Origin: Octopus sinensis
Lineage: Eukaryota
Direction: 5' to 3'
Assembly: GCF_006345805.1 (NCBI RefSeq)
Contig: NC_043019.1
Location: 4,463,360-4,527,359 of the forward strand
Length of the DNA stretch: 64,000 nt
In this document: one piece after another, positions 10,111 through 21,834 of the stretch
How positions within the stretch are numbered: the stretch's first letter is position 1
How the letters are laid out: every line of letters begins with the position of its first letter
Position numbers and translations under genes: made by a program
Notes under the pieces: generated by a model
Told to the model about the DNA's origin: nothing
The model's database searches: none
The model's input: only the letters and a program-made list of their open reading frames with translations

Positions 10111-10443
10111 CAACAATATTAAGGAATGGCCTTGATAGGCCATTCGACCCACTAGAAAGAGCAGCTAAACTCAAACCGCTAAATAGTTGTAATTCAGAAA
10201 CCAAAGGAAAGTAAAAACATTTACTCTTATCATCTTTGGACTATGCATAGTTTCGACATACATATTGGCAAACCGATTTAATTAAATTAAATATGTATGT
10301 TGAAACTATGCATAGTCCAAAGATGATAAGGGTAAATGTTTTTATTTTCCTTTGGTTTCTGAATTCCAACTATTTAGCGGTTTGAGTTTAGCTGCTCTTT
10401 CTAGTGGGTCGAATGGCCTATCAAGGCCATTCCTTAATATTGT

Positions 10444-10445
<2 letters not shown>
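10111..10445. repeat. Fold-back element, 156-bp arms, 23-nt loop, with a hammerhead 3' half
   Basis: 10111-10266 pairs with 10290-10445 (4 mismatches). GAAACTATGCATAGTC at 10302-10317. A third partial arm copy lies at 10583-10660. Confidence 0.9.
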
Positions 10446-10476
<31 letters not shown>

Positions 10477-10796
10477 GCTTCCTTTTCCTGAGCGCCTATT
10501 AATAATAATACTGTAATTGTTCCATTGTTGTTGTTTTTTTGTTTCCCGTTTGGATTAAAATTATATATATATATATATATATACAACAATATTAAAGAAT
10601 GGCCTTGATAGGCCATTCGACCCACTAGAAAGAGCAGCTAAACTCAAACCGCTAAATAGTTGGTATAAATCCTTAAAATCCTTAAGAATGTTTTAGCCCG
10701 AAGGCTGTGGCCATGCTGGGGCACCACCGCTGAATGAGCTACACTAATATGTGAATCCACCTCTGATACGTGGCACTTGATCAACAAGGGAGTTCG

Positions 10797-10828
<32 letters not shown>

Positions 10829-10844
10829 GTGTGTATATGTTTAT

Positions 10845-13150
10845 GTGTCTGTGTTTGTCCCCCCCACCAACATCGCTTGACAACCGATGCTGCTGTGTTT
10901 ACGTCTCCGTAACTTAGCGGTTCGGCAAAAAGAGGCCGATAGAATAAGTAGTAGGCTTACAAAAAGAATAAGTCCTGGGGTCGATTTGCTCGACTAAAGG
11001 CGGTGCTCCAGCATGGCCGCAGTCAAAATGACTGAAACAAGTAAAAAAGAAAGAGAAAGAGAAAAAGATATTAGAATTAACACTTAGTTTTCCAAGGAAA
11101 CTCATCCTGTTTTTAGTAGCATTTGGGTACTTTGTTCTGATTTCCTCCTTGACTGCAGGAGGGGCATCCATTGTCATTGGTTGGTGGCTGCATTGCTAGC
11201 AGCTGAGTAATATGACATGTTGCTAGAACCTTCCCAGAAATGTGAGGCCAACACTGGAAGTAATTACCAATGATAGACAAATATACAGGTGTGGCTGTAT
11301 GGTAAGAAGGGTCCTGCTTTAAAGCTCTGTACTTCTTGGAAATTTATGAATGTCTCTCTTGAAAAAGTCTAAAAACTTCTGCAATGCATCATATGTGTGT
11401 GTGTGTCTATACATACATACAAATATATTTCTCCCAGTGTTCAATATTTTCCCCTTATTCTGAACTAACGACCCTCCATTTCTGTTTTCGTTCAGTTTCC
11501 TTGTATGCCTCCACTGTCCTGTTTTTGTTCCCAACTTTGACCCTCCATAAATCCATGTCGTATATATATATATATATGTGTGTGTATGTGTATATGTTTG
11601 TGTGTCTGTGTTAGTCCCCTCAACATCGCTTGACAACTGATGCTGGTGTGTTTACATCCCCGTAACTTAGCAGTTCGGCAAAAGAGACCAATTGAATAAG
11701 TACTAGGCTTACAAAGAATAAATCCTGGGGTCGATGTACTCGACTAAAAAGGCGGTGCTCCAGCATGGCCACAGTCAAATGACTGAAATGAGTAAATGGC
11801 GCAGGAGTGGCTGTGTGGTAAGTAGCTTATTTACCAACCACATGGTTCCGGGTTCAGTCCCACTGCGTGGCATCTTGGGCAAGTATCTTCTGCTATAGCC
11901 CCGGGCCGACCAATGCCTTGTGAGTGGATTTAGTAGACGGAAACTGAAAGAAGCCTGTCGTATACATGTATATATATATATATGTGTGTGTATGTGTTTG
12001 TGTGTCTGTGTTTGTCCCCCCAACATCGCTTGACAACCGATGCTGCTGTGTTTACGTCTCCGTAACTTATCGGTTCGGCAAAAAGAGGCCGATAGAATAA
12101 GTAGTAGGCTTACAAAAAGAATAAGTCCTGGGGTCGATTTGCTCGACTAAAGGCGGTGCTCCAGCATGGCCGCAGTCAAAATGACTGAAACAAGTAAAAA
12201 AGAAAGAGAAAGAGAAAAAGATATTAGAATTAACACTTAGTTTTCCAAGGAAACTCATCCTGTTTTTAGTAGCATTTGGGTACTTTGTTCTGATTTCCTT
12301 CTTGACTGCAGGAGGGGCATCCATTGTCATTGGTTGGTGGCTGCATTGCTAGCAGCTGAGTAATATGCATGTTGCTAGAACCTTCCCAAAAATGTGAGGC
12401 CAACACTGGAAGTAATTACCAATGATAGACAAATATACAGGTGTGGCTGTATGGTAAGAAGGGTCCTGCTTTAAAGCTCTGTACTTCTTGGAAATTTATG
12501 AATGTCTCTCTTGAAAAAGTCTAAAAACTTCTGCAATGCATCATATGTGTGTGTGTGTCTATACATACATACAAATATATTTCTCCCAGTGTTCAATATT
12601 TTCTCCTTATTCTGAACTAACGACCCTCCATTTCTGTTTTCGTTCAGTTTCCTTGTATGCCTCCACTGTCCTGTTTTTGTTCCCAACTTTGACCCTCCAT
12701 AAATCCATGTCGTATATATATATATATGTGTGTGTATGTGTATATGTTTGTGTGTCTGTGTTTGTCCCCTCAACATCGCTTGACAACTGATGCTGGTGTG
12801 TTTACATCCCCGTAACTTAGCAGTTCGGCAAAAGAGACCAATTGAATAAGTACTAGGCTTACAAAGAATAAATCCTGGGGTCGATGTACTCGACTAAAAA
12901 GGCGGTGCTCCAGCATGGCCACAGTCAAATGACTGAAATGAGTAAATGGCGCAGGAGTGGCTGTGTGGTAAGTAGCTTATTTACCAACCACATGGTTCCG
13001 GGTTCAGTCCCACTGCGTGGCATCTTGGGCAAGTATCTTCTGCTATAGCCCCGGGCCGACCAATGCCTTGTGAGTGGATTTAGTAGACGGAAACTGAAAG
13101 AAGCCTGTCGTATACATGTATATATATATATGTGTGTGTATGTGTTTGTG
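10845..13150. repeat. Tandem duplication, period ~1.15 kb, breakpoints inside S2 SINEs
   Basis: Unique block 11050-11560 repeats at 12200-12710 with few differences; identical ORF pair at 10914 and 12067. Confidence 0.9.
11797..12200 (+). mobile_element. S2 SINE, full length
   Basis: Head, core, microsatellite and 3' domain all present. Confidence 0.85.
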
Positions 13151-13350
13151 TGTCTGTGTTTGTCCCCCCAACATCGCTTGACAACCGATGCTGGTGTGTT
13201 TACGTCCCCGTAACTTAGCAGTTCGGCAAAAGAGACCAATTGAATAAGTACTAGGCTTACAAAGAATAAATCCTGGGGTCGAAGTGCTCGACTAAAAAGG
13301 TGGTGCTCCAGCATGGCCACAGTCAAATGACTGAAACGAGTAAAAGAGTA
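12947..13350 (+). mobile_element. S2 SINE, full length
   Basis: Duplicate of the 11797 5' half with a (GAGTAAAA)n tail. Confidence 0.85.
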
Positions 13351-13593
13351 AAAGACACTAAAAACTAAATGAATGCCATTTGAGCAAAGAGGGAGGCCTA
13401 CAATGCTTGACTTGAAAATGACTGCCCCCTTTTCTGTGTGCAGTACACTGAGGCATGAGAAGTTGCAAAAGAGACAGTGTAAACACCCAGGGCTAAGTTA
13501 TGGATGGGAGGACTTTGAGGGTCAAGCTAGACTCTGGCTTAACCTGGCTTTGTTACGATATTTCTGTTAAGATACTCTGTTTCTTTCTGTTAA

Positions 13594-14414
13594 TCTATAT
13601 ACAGTCGTGGCCAAAATGTTCAGAACGGCATTGTTTTCGTCAGAAAAGTAGATATAATTTTTTTATCAAAGTTGGTAACGGAGTAAGTGGCACTATATTA
13701 ACAAAGTACACTGCATATATTCTTACTAATGTTTAGTAAACGAACCGTCATGTAAACAAATTCAAAACATTAGAGTTCGCCGGTTAAATATACTAAAACA
13801 CGGAGTAAAAGCAACCGTTCTGATCATTTTGGTCGCCATGGGTTTTGCAGTAAATCACTAAATCATCCATAACTTTTGTATTATCCTCTCAAATTACACC
13901 AAAATCTCAGACAATAACAACTAATATTGTATTTATTGTCTGTGAAAATTATAGAATAGAAAGCTACTTTGATAAAAACTTATACTAATTTTCTGACGAA
14001 AACAATGCCGTTCTGAACATTTTGGCCGCAACTGTATGTAAAGCTGAAGTTTTCTGTATGTGGCAGGTTTGGTAGCCTTCAACTAACACTATCTCCTCCG
14101 AGACCCTGCGGCACAAGTTGACCAAAACTAAGAGTATAACAGAAGAAGGCTAGCTCTTCATTCTGTAGAAGGTAAAATTCAAATCGGACCATGTTAAGAC
14201 CAAAAATTATTTACATAAAAAAGGTGCTTTTTTTCTATGAAAATCCCTATTTTTTACGATTTTTTGACTGCTGTGTCGCCATTTTTCGGTGTATTTCAAC
14301 CAGAAAAATGTTCACTTAGAATAACAAGCTACATAATGCAAAATTTTTACTTTTCAAAACTTCCAATTCTAAAGGGTCGAAACAAACCCGTGTAATGCCA
14401 AGCGATACTGCTAG
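13594..14414 (+). mobile_element. Non-autonomous Helitron
   Basis: A|TC start, degenerate subterminal hairpin, CTAG|T end. The 5' end (ATCTATATATGTAAA after removing the nested MITE) is identical to the 62926-62940 element reversed. Confidence 0.75.
13602..14034. mobile_element. Tc1/mariner-type MITE
   Basis: TA TSD. TIR CAGTCGTGGCCAAAATGTTCAGAACGGCATTGTTTTCGTCAGAAAA (46 bp, 2 mismatches), extending imperfectly to ~75 bp. Confidence 0.9.
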
Positions 14415-14647
14415 TTTTAAATATAACAAAGAGTTTAGTAAAATATCTTAGTTATCATTAAGCTAGTGTTAGGAACATAAATTGTGACTAAGGTTTGGTG
14501 GAAGATTTTAATTCAGAACTTTTGGAAACAAGATATTTGTACTACAGAGCCAGAGGTGGTTTCAGTTGGGTTGGTATTAAAAGGGTTAAGATTGGTCAAT
14601 GAAGTCTTCTGGCAGACTATTCATCAATTTCATAATGAGAAACCCTC

Positions 14648-15025
14648 TTTTATTCTTTTACTTGTTTCAGTTGTTTGACTGCGGCCATGCTGGAGCACTG
14701 CCTTCAGTTGAACAAATCGACCCCAGGACTTATTCTTTGTAAGCCTAGTACTTATTCTATAAGCTCCTTTTGCCAAACCGCTAAGTTAGGGGGACGTAAA
14801 CACACGAGCATCGGTTGTCAAGCAATGTTGGGATGGACACATACACACACACACACACATATATATGCGAATGGCTTCTTTCAGTTTCCATCTACCAAAT
14901 CCACTCACAAGGCTTTGGTTGGCCCGAGACTATAGTACAAGACACTTACCCAAGGTGCCACACAGTGGGACTGAAACCGGAACCATGTGGTTGGTAAGCA
15001 AGCTACTTACCACACAGCCACTCCT
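14648..15025 (-). mobile_element. S2 SINE, near full length
   Basis: Reverse-complement match to S2. Confidence 0.85.
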
Positions 15026-15029
15026 TCAT

Positions 15030-15600
15030 ACCTGTCCATCATTAAGAACTCAACTGGGGTTCTTCTCTCTACAGAGGAGAGCATCCTTTGCAGGTGGAGA
15101 GAATACATTGCTGATTTCTTACATCCAGTCATAAAAAAAGACCCCGCCGGTTACGACGACGAGGGTCCCAGCTGATACGATCAACGGAATAGCTTGCTCG
15201 TGAAATTAACGTGCAAATGGCTGAGCATTCCACAGACACGTGTACCCTTAACGTAGTTCTCGGGGATAATCAGCGTGATACAGAGAGTGACAAGGCTGAC
15301 CCTTTGAAATACAAGTACAACTCATTTTTGCCAGCTGAGTGGACTGGAGCAACGTGAAATAAAGTGTCTTGCTCAAGGACACAACGCGTCGCCGGGAATC
15401 AAACTCACAACCTTACGATCATGAGCCGAATGCCCTAACCACTAAGCCACGCGCCCTCACACATCCAGTCATAATAAACTCTGATAGACATGAGATGCAC
15501 CTGGGAGCAAAAATTAACCTGATAGAGCCTTAGGTAACAGAGGCAATTAAAGCGCTGATATTTGGCAATGCTGCTTGAAGAATGAAATTTGGCTTCAGAT
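15030..15600 (+). mobile_element. RTE-like LINE remnant (EN-RT linker), split by a SINE
   Basis: IKNSTGVLLSTEESILCRWREYIADFLHP ... EP*VTEAIKALIFGNAA. Confidence 0.6.
15135..15460 (-). mobile_element. S4a tRNA-derived SINE with 14-bp TSD
   Basis: TSD ACATCCAGTCATAA at 15121-15134 and 15461-15474. Head GGCGCGTGGCTTAGTGGTTAGGGC..GAGTTTGATTCCC, then GTCCTTGAGCAAGACAC core. Confidence 0.85.
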
Positions 15601-15735
15601 AAAAAGCACCATCCGAAGAAACTCTGCCAGATCAGAGTGGAGCCTGGAGCAGCCCCTGGCTTCTCAGACCCCGGTCGAACCGTCCAACCTGTGCTAGCAT
15701 GGAAAACAGACGTTAAACGATGATGATGATGATGA
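15597..15735 (+). mobile_element. S3 element 3' end (RTE-type (GAT)n tail)
   Basis: CCGTCCAACCTGTGCTAGCATGGAAAACAGACGTTAAACGATGATGATG. Confidence 0.8.
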
Positions 15736-15904
15736 TACAAGCCTTAAATAGAGAAGATCGTGGACAGAGAATTGCCACTGGGAAAATTTCCACTGGAAAA
15801 TTTCCACTGGATGATTGCCTCTTAGAAAAGTTGCTCATGTGGGAGAATCGCTTCTGGGAACACTTGTTGTTGTTGTTGTTGGCATCCTTTTTGTCTCGGG
15901 AGAC

Positions 15905-16180
15905 AATGGAGTTGCGCATAAAATAGTCCAGTCCGGCTTTTACATTTCATGTCCTAATACATTTCCTGCTGTGGCTGTGTAGTCCTATCCTGGACAAACA
16001 CTCCCTCTGGCAGGTGCCGCAAATGTAGCAAAGACTGTTCCTGGCTGGGTGTAATGTCATAGTTTCTTGTTAACGTCTTTTCTTGTCTTTCCATTTCTCC
16101 TCTCTCTCTCTGTCACTCCTTTGTATACCCTCTTTTACGGTATGTCGCCATTCTCCACGGTTGCTGGCAACTGCTTCCCA
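15905..16180 (-). mobile_element. RTE (BovB-like) LINE C-terminal remnant
   Basis: LASNRGEWRHTVKEG...YICGTCQRECLSRIGLHSHSRKC*, a terminal C2H2 motif typical of RTE ORFs. Confidence 0.75.
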
Positions 16181-16402
16181 ATTGCCAATATGGAATATTG
16201 CCCATCTGTAAACATTGCCACTGGGAACACTGCCCAGATGGGAGCATGAAGTAAATGTTTATATGTAGGTCCCTATATCATATTTGCTCATATTTTATAC
16301 ACAAAAAAATACACCCAACAACCAAACCAATAGCAATTTACTAGTAAACTTAAGCTATGACATGTTTGCTAATTTTGAAATAGTCATGTTTTGCTTTAAA
16401 AC

Positions 16403-16840
16403 TGTTCATCATTCATTGTTCAACCGTGGTCGAGACAATGGAATTTACTATGTTATGCCAGACTTCACGGTCCATCATAGCTTTACAGAGGTCCTGTTGC
16501 TGGATGCCTGTATCCCTGGAGATTACATCAGGGTAGGAGAGTGTGCGCCCTCTGGTATCGCGAGCAGATTGCTTCCAGAGGAGAAGAGTAGAAATTACCT
16601 TGTTTTCTGCTCTACAACAATGTCCAGCAAACTGGACTCTTCTACCTTTCACAAGAGATGATACAGGTGGTAGTTTCCCGTGTATTTGTACTTTGGTTGG
16701 ATGACGCTTCCATGAGAGATTTTGAGCTCTCATAAGGAGGCGAGTGTAAGTTCCATCCAACCGCCTCTCAAGCTTCTTTGATAACGTCCAGGTTTCTGAG
16801 CCATATAGTAGAATTGGTTCAACTGTGGCTTTGAAGAAAA
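16403..16840 (-). mobile_element. 5'-truncated RTE-clade LINE
   Basis: FKATVEPILLYGSETW..LDGTYTRLLMRAQ..FAGHC..SYPDVISRD..DREVW..EQ*; TGA-type tail; same family as 43660. Confidence 0.9.
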
Positions 16841-16964
16841 CTGTTCAAGTTAAGACCCATAAGGACAAGTGGTAAAAAGTGAACATGGGAGTGATATGCT
16901 TGTTGATGGATTGCCATAGATGTATCATAAACATAGTGAAAATAAGAGTGATACAATTATTTAT

Positions 16965-17300
16965 GGGGTGTGGCTCAGTGGTTAGAGCATCGAGCTTATG
17001 ATCGTGAGGTTGTGAGCTCGAATCCCGGACCGGGCTGCGTGTTGTGTTCTTGAGCAAGACGCTTTATTTCACGTTGCTCCAGTTCACTCAGCTGTAGAAA
17101 TGAGTTGCGACGTCACAGGTGCCAAGCTGCATCGGTCCCTTTGCCTTTCCCTTGGACAACATTAGTGACGTGGAGAGGGGAGACCGGTATGCATGGGCGA
17201 CTGCTGGTCTTCCATAAAAAAACAACCTTGCCCAGACTTGTGGCTCAGAGGGTAACTCTCTAGGTGCAAACCCATGGTCAGTGTCTGACCGAAGGGAGTC
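16965..17300 (+). mobile_element. S4c tRNA-derived SINE
   Basis: Head GGGGTGTGGCTCAGTGGTTAGAGC..GCTCGAATCCC and TTCTTGAGCAAGACGC core shared with S4a; different 3' part. Confidence 0.8.
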
Positions 17301-17555
17301 AAAAAAATGTTCTCAAAGAAAGCAAAAGAAATGTAACACAAGATTGCACATGAAGGCATTAATAGAGAATATTGAAATTTTAAAGTACGTTAATGATCAC
17401 CGTCACTCTGTGACTAAGGATGTAGTTACTCTTTACTCTTTACTCTTTTACTTGTTTCAGTCATTTGACTGCGGCCATGCTGGAGCACTGCCTTTAGTCG
17501 AGCAAATCGACCCCAGGACTTATTCTTTGTAAGCCTAGTACTTATTTTATCAGTC

Positions 17556-17909
17556 TTTTAAACTTCGTATACTGGTAGAATGTGTTTATAAAACATCTTT
17601 TTCTCTTGGCTTTATTGAGAAAATTCTATAGTTTGTAAGATATTTGTTGTTTTTTTTTTCTTCAATTTCTGCAATTTCAACCAATCACTGGCGTCTATTG
17701 AGGTAAAAAAACATTCTGTGCCGTATGAATATGTCCCTCGTTTAAGAAACAGATTGGGTTTATTTACATTTGGGAAGAAAAATAAGATAACCTTCTCCCT
17801 AACCCTAAAACAGATTGAAATGCAATAGATTGATACAAGGGTCATAATTATGGGTGACAATTTCATATGATACCGCTAGAAAAAACTGCCGTTCAAACTG
17901 AAAAGATCC
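17556..17909. mobile_element. Merlin-like MITE lacking its left end
   Basis: Matches the 31940 copy and ends AAAAAACTGCCGTTCAAACTGAAAAGATCC. Confidence 0.75.
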
Positions 17910-18191
17910 CCCACCCTAACCATTGGGAGCTAATCCTAGCACTGAAACAGGAGTAAAGCTTAGCTATAACTGAATTCAATTTCAACAAGGAGACCCTTTC
18001 CCCAAAAATGAAAAAATATAATGACATTTGTACAAGTGAAGTATATTGCTGACACTTATGGAAATACCAATGATTAAATTGTTGTATCTGAAGTCTATTG
18101 CAGATAACATGCACATATTTTAATCAAATTTTTAAATATCCAATGCTTTTAGAATAATCATTAATTATATTTTAAACAACATTTAAATTAG

Positions 18192-18394
18192 GGCGGCGAG
18201 CTGGCAGAAACGTTAGTACGCCGGGCGAAATGCATAGCCGTATTTCATCTGCCGTTACGTTCTGAGTTCAAATTCCACCAGGGTCGATAAATTAAGTACC
18301 AGTTACGCACTGGGGTTGATGTAATCGACTTTATCCGTTTGTCTGTCTTTGTTTGTCCCCTCTATATTTAGTCCCTTGTTGGTAGTAAAGAAAA
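18192..18394 (+). mobile_element. S1 SINE monomer with internal deletion
   Basis: Complete head GGCGGCGAGCTGGCAGAAACG; degenerate ~22-bp TSD TATATTTTAAAYAACAT on both sides. Confidence 0.85.
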
Positions 18395-18555
18395 TATATT
18401 TTAAATAACATAAATTTCTAAATATTGTAATGCCTTTTAAATAGTTCTTTAATTGTCTTTTTAATTAAAAGTTGAGTTTTCCAAAATAATTCTTAGCCAT
18501 TTGTATTGAAGAGATGAGGAATTTATGTACATTATTTACATTATTTATATGCCCA

Positions 18556-18815
18556 TGGGCATACGGCGTAGTGGTTAAGAGCACAGGCTACTAACCCCAA
18601 GATTCCGAGTTCAATTCCAGGCAGTGACCTGAATAATAATAATAATAATGATAACAAGAGCATCGAAAAATACCTTAGAAATGAGAACCCAGGTTCAAAA
18701 TTTCCCCAAGAGACCTGATGAAGGCTGGAAGGTATATCAGCCAAAATGTCGTGTTAGCAACAAAGATGAGGACAAATATCCGTTGAATGTCAATAATGTA
18801 AATAATGTAAATAAA
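18556..18815 (+). mobile_element. tRNA-headed short element carrying a degenerate hammerhead motif
   Basis: GGGCATACGGCGTAGTGGTTAAGAGC..GAGTTCAATTCC head, (AAT)n, CTGATGA-A-GGCTG..CAGCC-AAAA-TGTC-GTGT (18711-18755), (GTAAATAAT)n tail. Confidence 0.75.
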
Positions 18816-18881
18816 TTCTTAGCCTTAATTTCAGTTATAAGGTTACGAGTTGTTTTGGAAAGGAGACCTGAAACCTATATC

Positions 18882-19495
18882 CTCTTTTACTCTTTTACTT
18901 GTTTCAGTCATTTGACTGCGGCCATGCTGGAGCACTGCCTTTAGTCGAGCAAATCGATCCCGGGACTTATTCTTTGTAAGCCCAGTACTTATTCTATCGG
19001 TCTCTTTTGCCGAACCGCTAAGTGACGGGGACGTAAACACACCAGCATCGGTTGTCAAGCAATGCTAGGGGAACAAACACAGACACACAAACACATACAT
19101 ATATATATATATATGTTAACAAAATAGAACATATGCATATATATAAACATATATGTACGTACCTACCTCTACATGTACATATACACGCATATATGAGTAC
19201 AGGACACCAAAGGGACGTCGAACACAAAGAGAAACGAAAACATAGACACAAACCAAAGGAACTGGACATTTTTTAAAAAACAACAAAAAAAATGGAGTAC
19301 AGGACAATTAACACAACGAAAAATACATATATACGACGGGCTTCTTTCAGTTTCCATCTACCAAATCCACTCACAAGGCATTGGTCGGCCCGGAACTATA
19401 GCAGAAGACACTTTCCCAAGGTGCCACGCAGTGGGACTGAACCCGGAACCATGTGGTTGGTTAGCAAGCTACTTACCACACAGCCACTCCTGCGC
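18882..19495 (-). mobile_element. S2 SINE split by a ~200-bp insertion in its central microsatellite
   Basis: 3' half 18882-19125, 5' half 19325-19495. Confidence 0.85.
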
Positions 19496-19773
19496 CTTTA
19501 TATATATAAATTTTAAAATCTTGTCGACAAGTACCATATAATGCGTTCATTGTTCTTTTGTATAAAGTCTGCCTTGTTGCCTGCTCACTCCTTGAACCAA
19601 AGCTGTAACCTCCATGCCAAACATGGAACTCATCACAGCACTGCCTTAGCATCTCACTTGCTATAATTAGGTCATTGCCTTCCATCATTGAGGTCGTCTG
19701 CAAGAGAATCTCGTCAGATTAATTAATACTTTTGTTCATCTGCTGTCTAGATTGTGGAGAGCATATTAACATA

Positions 19774-20188
19774 TAGGTGCAGGAGTGGCTGTGTGGTAAG
19801 TAGCTTGCTAACCAACGACATGGTTCTGGGTTCAGTCCCACTGCGTGGCATCTTGGGCAAGTGTCTTCTGCTATAGCCCCGGGCCGACCAATGCCTTGTG
19901 AGTGGATTTGGTAGACGGAAACTGAAAGAAGCCTGTCGTATATATGTATATTTATATATGTATGTGTGTGTGTTTGTGTGTCTGTGTTTGTCCCCCTAGC
20001 ATTGTTTGACAACCGATGCTGGTGTGTTTATGTCCCCGTCACTTAGCGGTTCGGCAAAAAGAGACCGATAGAATAAGTACTGGGCTTACAAAAAGAATAA
20101 GTCCCGGGGTCGATTTGCTCAACTAAAGGCGGTGCTCCAGCATGGCCGCAGTCAAATGACTGAAACAAGTAAAAGAGTAAAAGAGAGT
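19774..20188 (+). mobile_element. S2 SINE, full length
   Basis: Head-to-tail match. Confidence 0.9.
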
Positions 20189-20234
20189 ATAAGGTGCATT
20201 CCAAGAGTTTTCAAACTTTTTCAGTAGAGACATA

Positions 20235-20385
20235 TATTTATTTCAAAGAACAGTTCTATCTTTAAGAGATGAGGAATTATTTACATTCTTTACATTATTT
20301 ACGTTTGACGGATATTTGTCTTCATCTTGTTTGTTGTTAGCACAACGTTTCGGCTGATATACCCTCCACCCTTCATCAGGTGTTT
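20235..20385 (-). mobile_element. 3' part of the 18556 family with an intact-core hammerhead (20341-20383)
   Basis: Minus: CAC|CUGAUGA-A|GGGUG-loop-CAGCC|GAAA|CG|UU|GUG, followed by the same body and tail as 18755-18815. Confidence 0.75.
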
Positions 20386-20395
20386 TTTTTCTTTA

Positions 20396-20915
20396 TATTT
20401 TACTCTTTTACTTGTTTCAGTCATTTGACTGTGGCCATGCTGGAACACTGCCTTTAGTCGAGCAAATCGACCCCCAGGACTTATTCTTTGTAAGCCTAGT
20501 ACTTATTCTATCGGTCTCTTTTGCCGAACCGCTAAGTTACGGAGACGTAAACACACCAACATCAAGCGATGTTGGGGGGACAAACATATACACACAAACA
20601 TATACACACACATGTATATATATATATACATATATACGATGGGGACATAAGTTATGGGGACATAAACACAGCAGTGGTTGTCAAGCAATGCTAGGGAGAC
20701 AAACACAGACACAAAAACACACACACCCATACATATATATATACATATATACGACAGGCTTCTTTCAGTTTCCGTCTACCAAATCCACTCACAAGGCATT
20801 GGTCGGGCCGAGGCTATAGTAGAAGACACTTGCCCAAGGTGCCACGCAGTGGGACTGAACCCGGAACCATGTGGTTGGTTAGCAAGCTACTTACCACACA
20901 GCCACTCCTGCGCCT
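20396..20915 (-). mobile_element. S2 SINE with internal duplication; further partial copy at 20932-21110
   Basis: Reverse-complement match. Confidence 0.85.
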
Positions 20916-21215
20916 GTTTTTTTTTTTTATATTTTACTCTTTTACTTGTTTCAGTCATTTGACTGTGGCCATGCTGGAACACCGTCTTTAGTCAAGCAAA
21001 TCGACCCCGGGACTTATTCTTTGTAAGACCAGTACTTTTTCTATCGGTCTCTTTTTGCCGAACCACTAAGTTATGGGGACGTAAACACACCAGCATCGGT
21101 TGTCAAGCAATGTCCTTACTATTATTTTTTTTTTTTTTGAAACCTCGTACTTATTCTATTGGTCCCTTTTGCCAAACTGCTAAGTTACAAGGGACCATAA
21201 ACACACCAACACCAA

Positions 21216-21595
21216 GTGGAGGCACAATGACCCAATGGTTAGGGCAGCGAACTCGCGGTCGGAGGATTACGGTTTTGATTCCCAGACCGGGCGTTATGTT
21301 TGTTTATTGAGCGCAAACATCTAAAGTCCCATGAGGCTCCGGTAGGGGGTGGTGGCGACCCCTGTTGTACTCTTTCCCTCCAACTTTCTCTCACTCTTTC
21401 TTCCTGTTTCTTGTCCCCGACTTCCTACGCAACCGCTGAGCCTGGATGCGCATTCATCCATCCGTTGATGCTCTCGGTGTTGGGGGTTGAGCTGCTTTCT
21501 CTTCTATGGGTCTTACGAACAGCAAAGGACCACGTTTCGGATTACTCCCACTACAGTGACGAAGACCATTCGCTCAACAGCAACAACACCACCAA
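21216..21595 (+). mobile_element. S4b-head SINE with a different tail
   Basis: Head and body shared with 38429-38820; 3' part differs and ends CAACAGCAACAAC. Confidence 0.75.
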
Positions 21596-21834
21596 CACTA
21601 GTTGTCAAGCAGTGGTGAGGGAACAAATACAGACACACAGACACTGATATGTATGTATGTACGTACGTATGTATATATATCTCTGTGGTAAACTATATGA
21701 AGGTCAGATGGGCCGCCAACTAAATCCTCCTTCTTTCTTTCCTTTCCTGAGCGTTCAATAACACTATACTTGTTTCACATCCTCGCGTTGTTAAGTTTTC
21801 TCTTTGTTCATGTTTGGATTAACTATATATATAT

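Larger units (their letters stand above)
13543..14585. mobile_element. piggyBac-like MITE (TTAA TSD) split by nested insertions
   Basis: TTAA at 13539-13542 and 14586-14589. Pieces 13543-13592 and 14416-14585 join to match the intact 46145-46364 copy. Confidence 0.8.

Noticed and set aside
18557-18629. tRNA gene
   Set aside because: A and B boxes are present but there is no closing acceptor stem; it continues into a repeat body, so it is a SINE head. The same applies to the S1, S2 and S4 heads.
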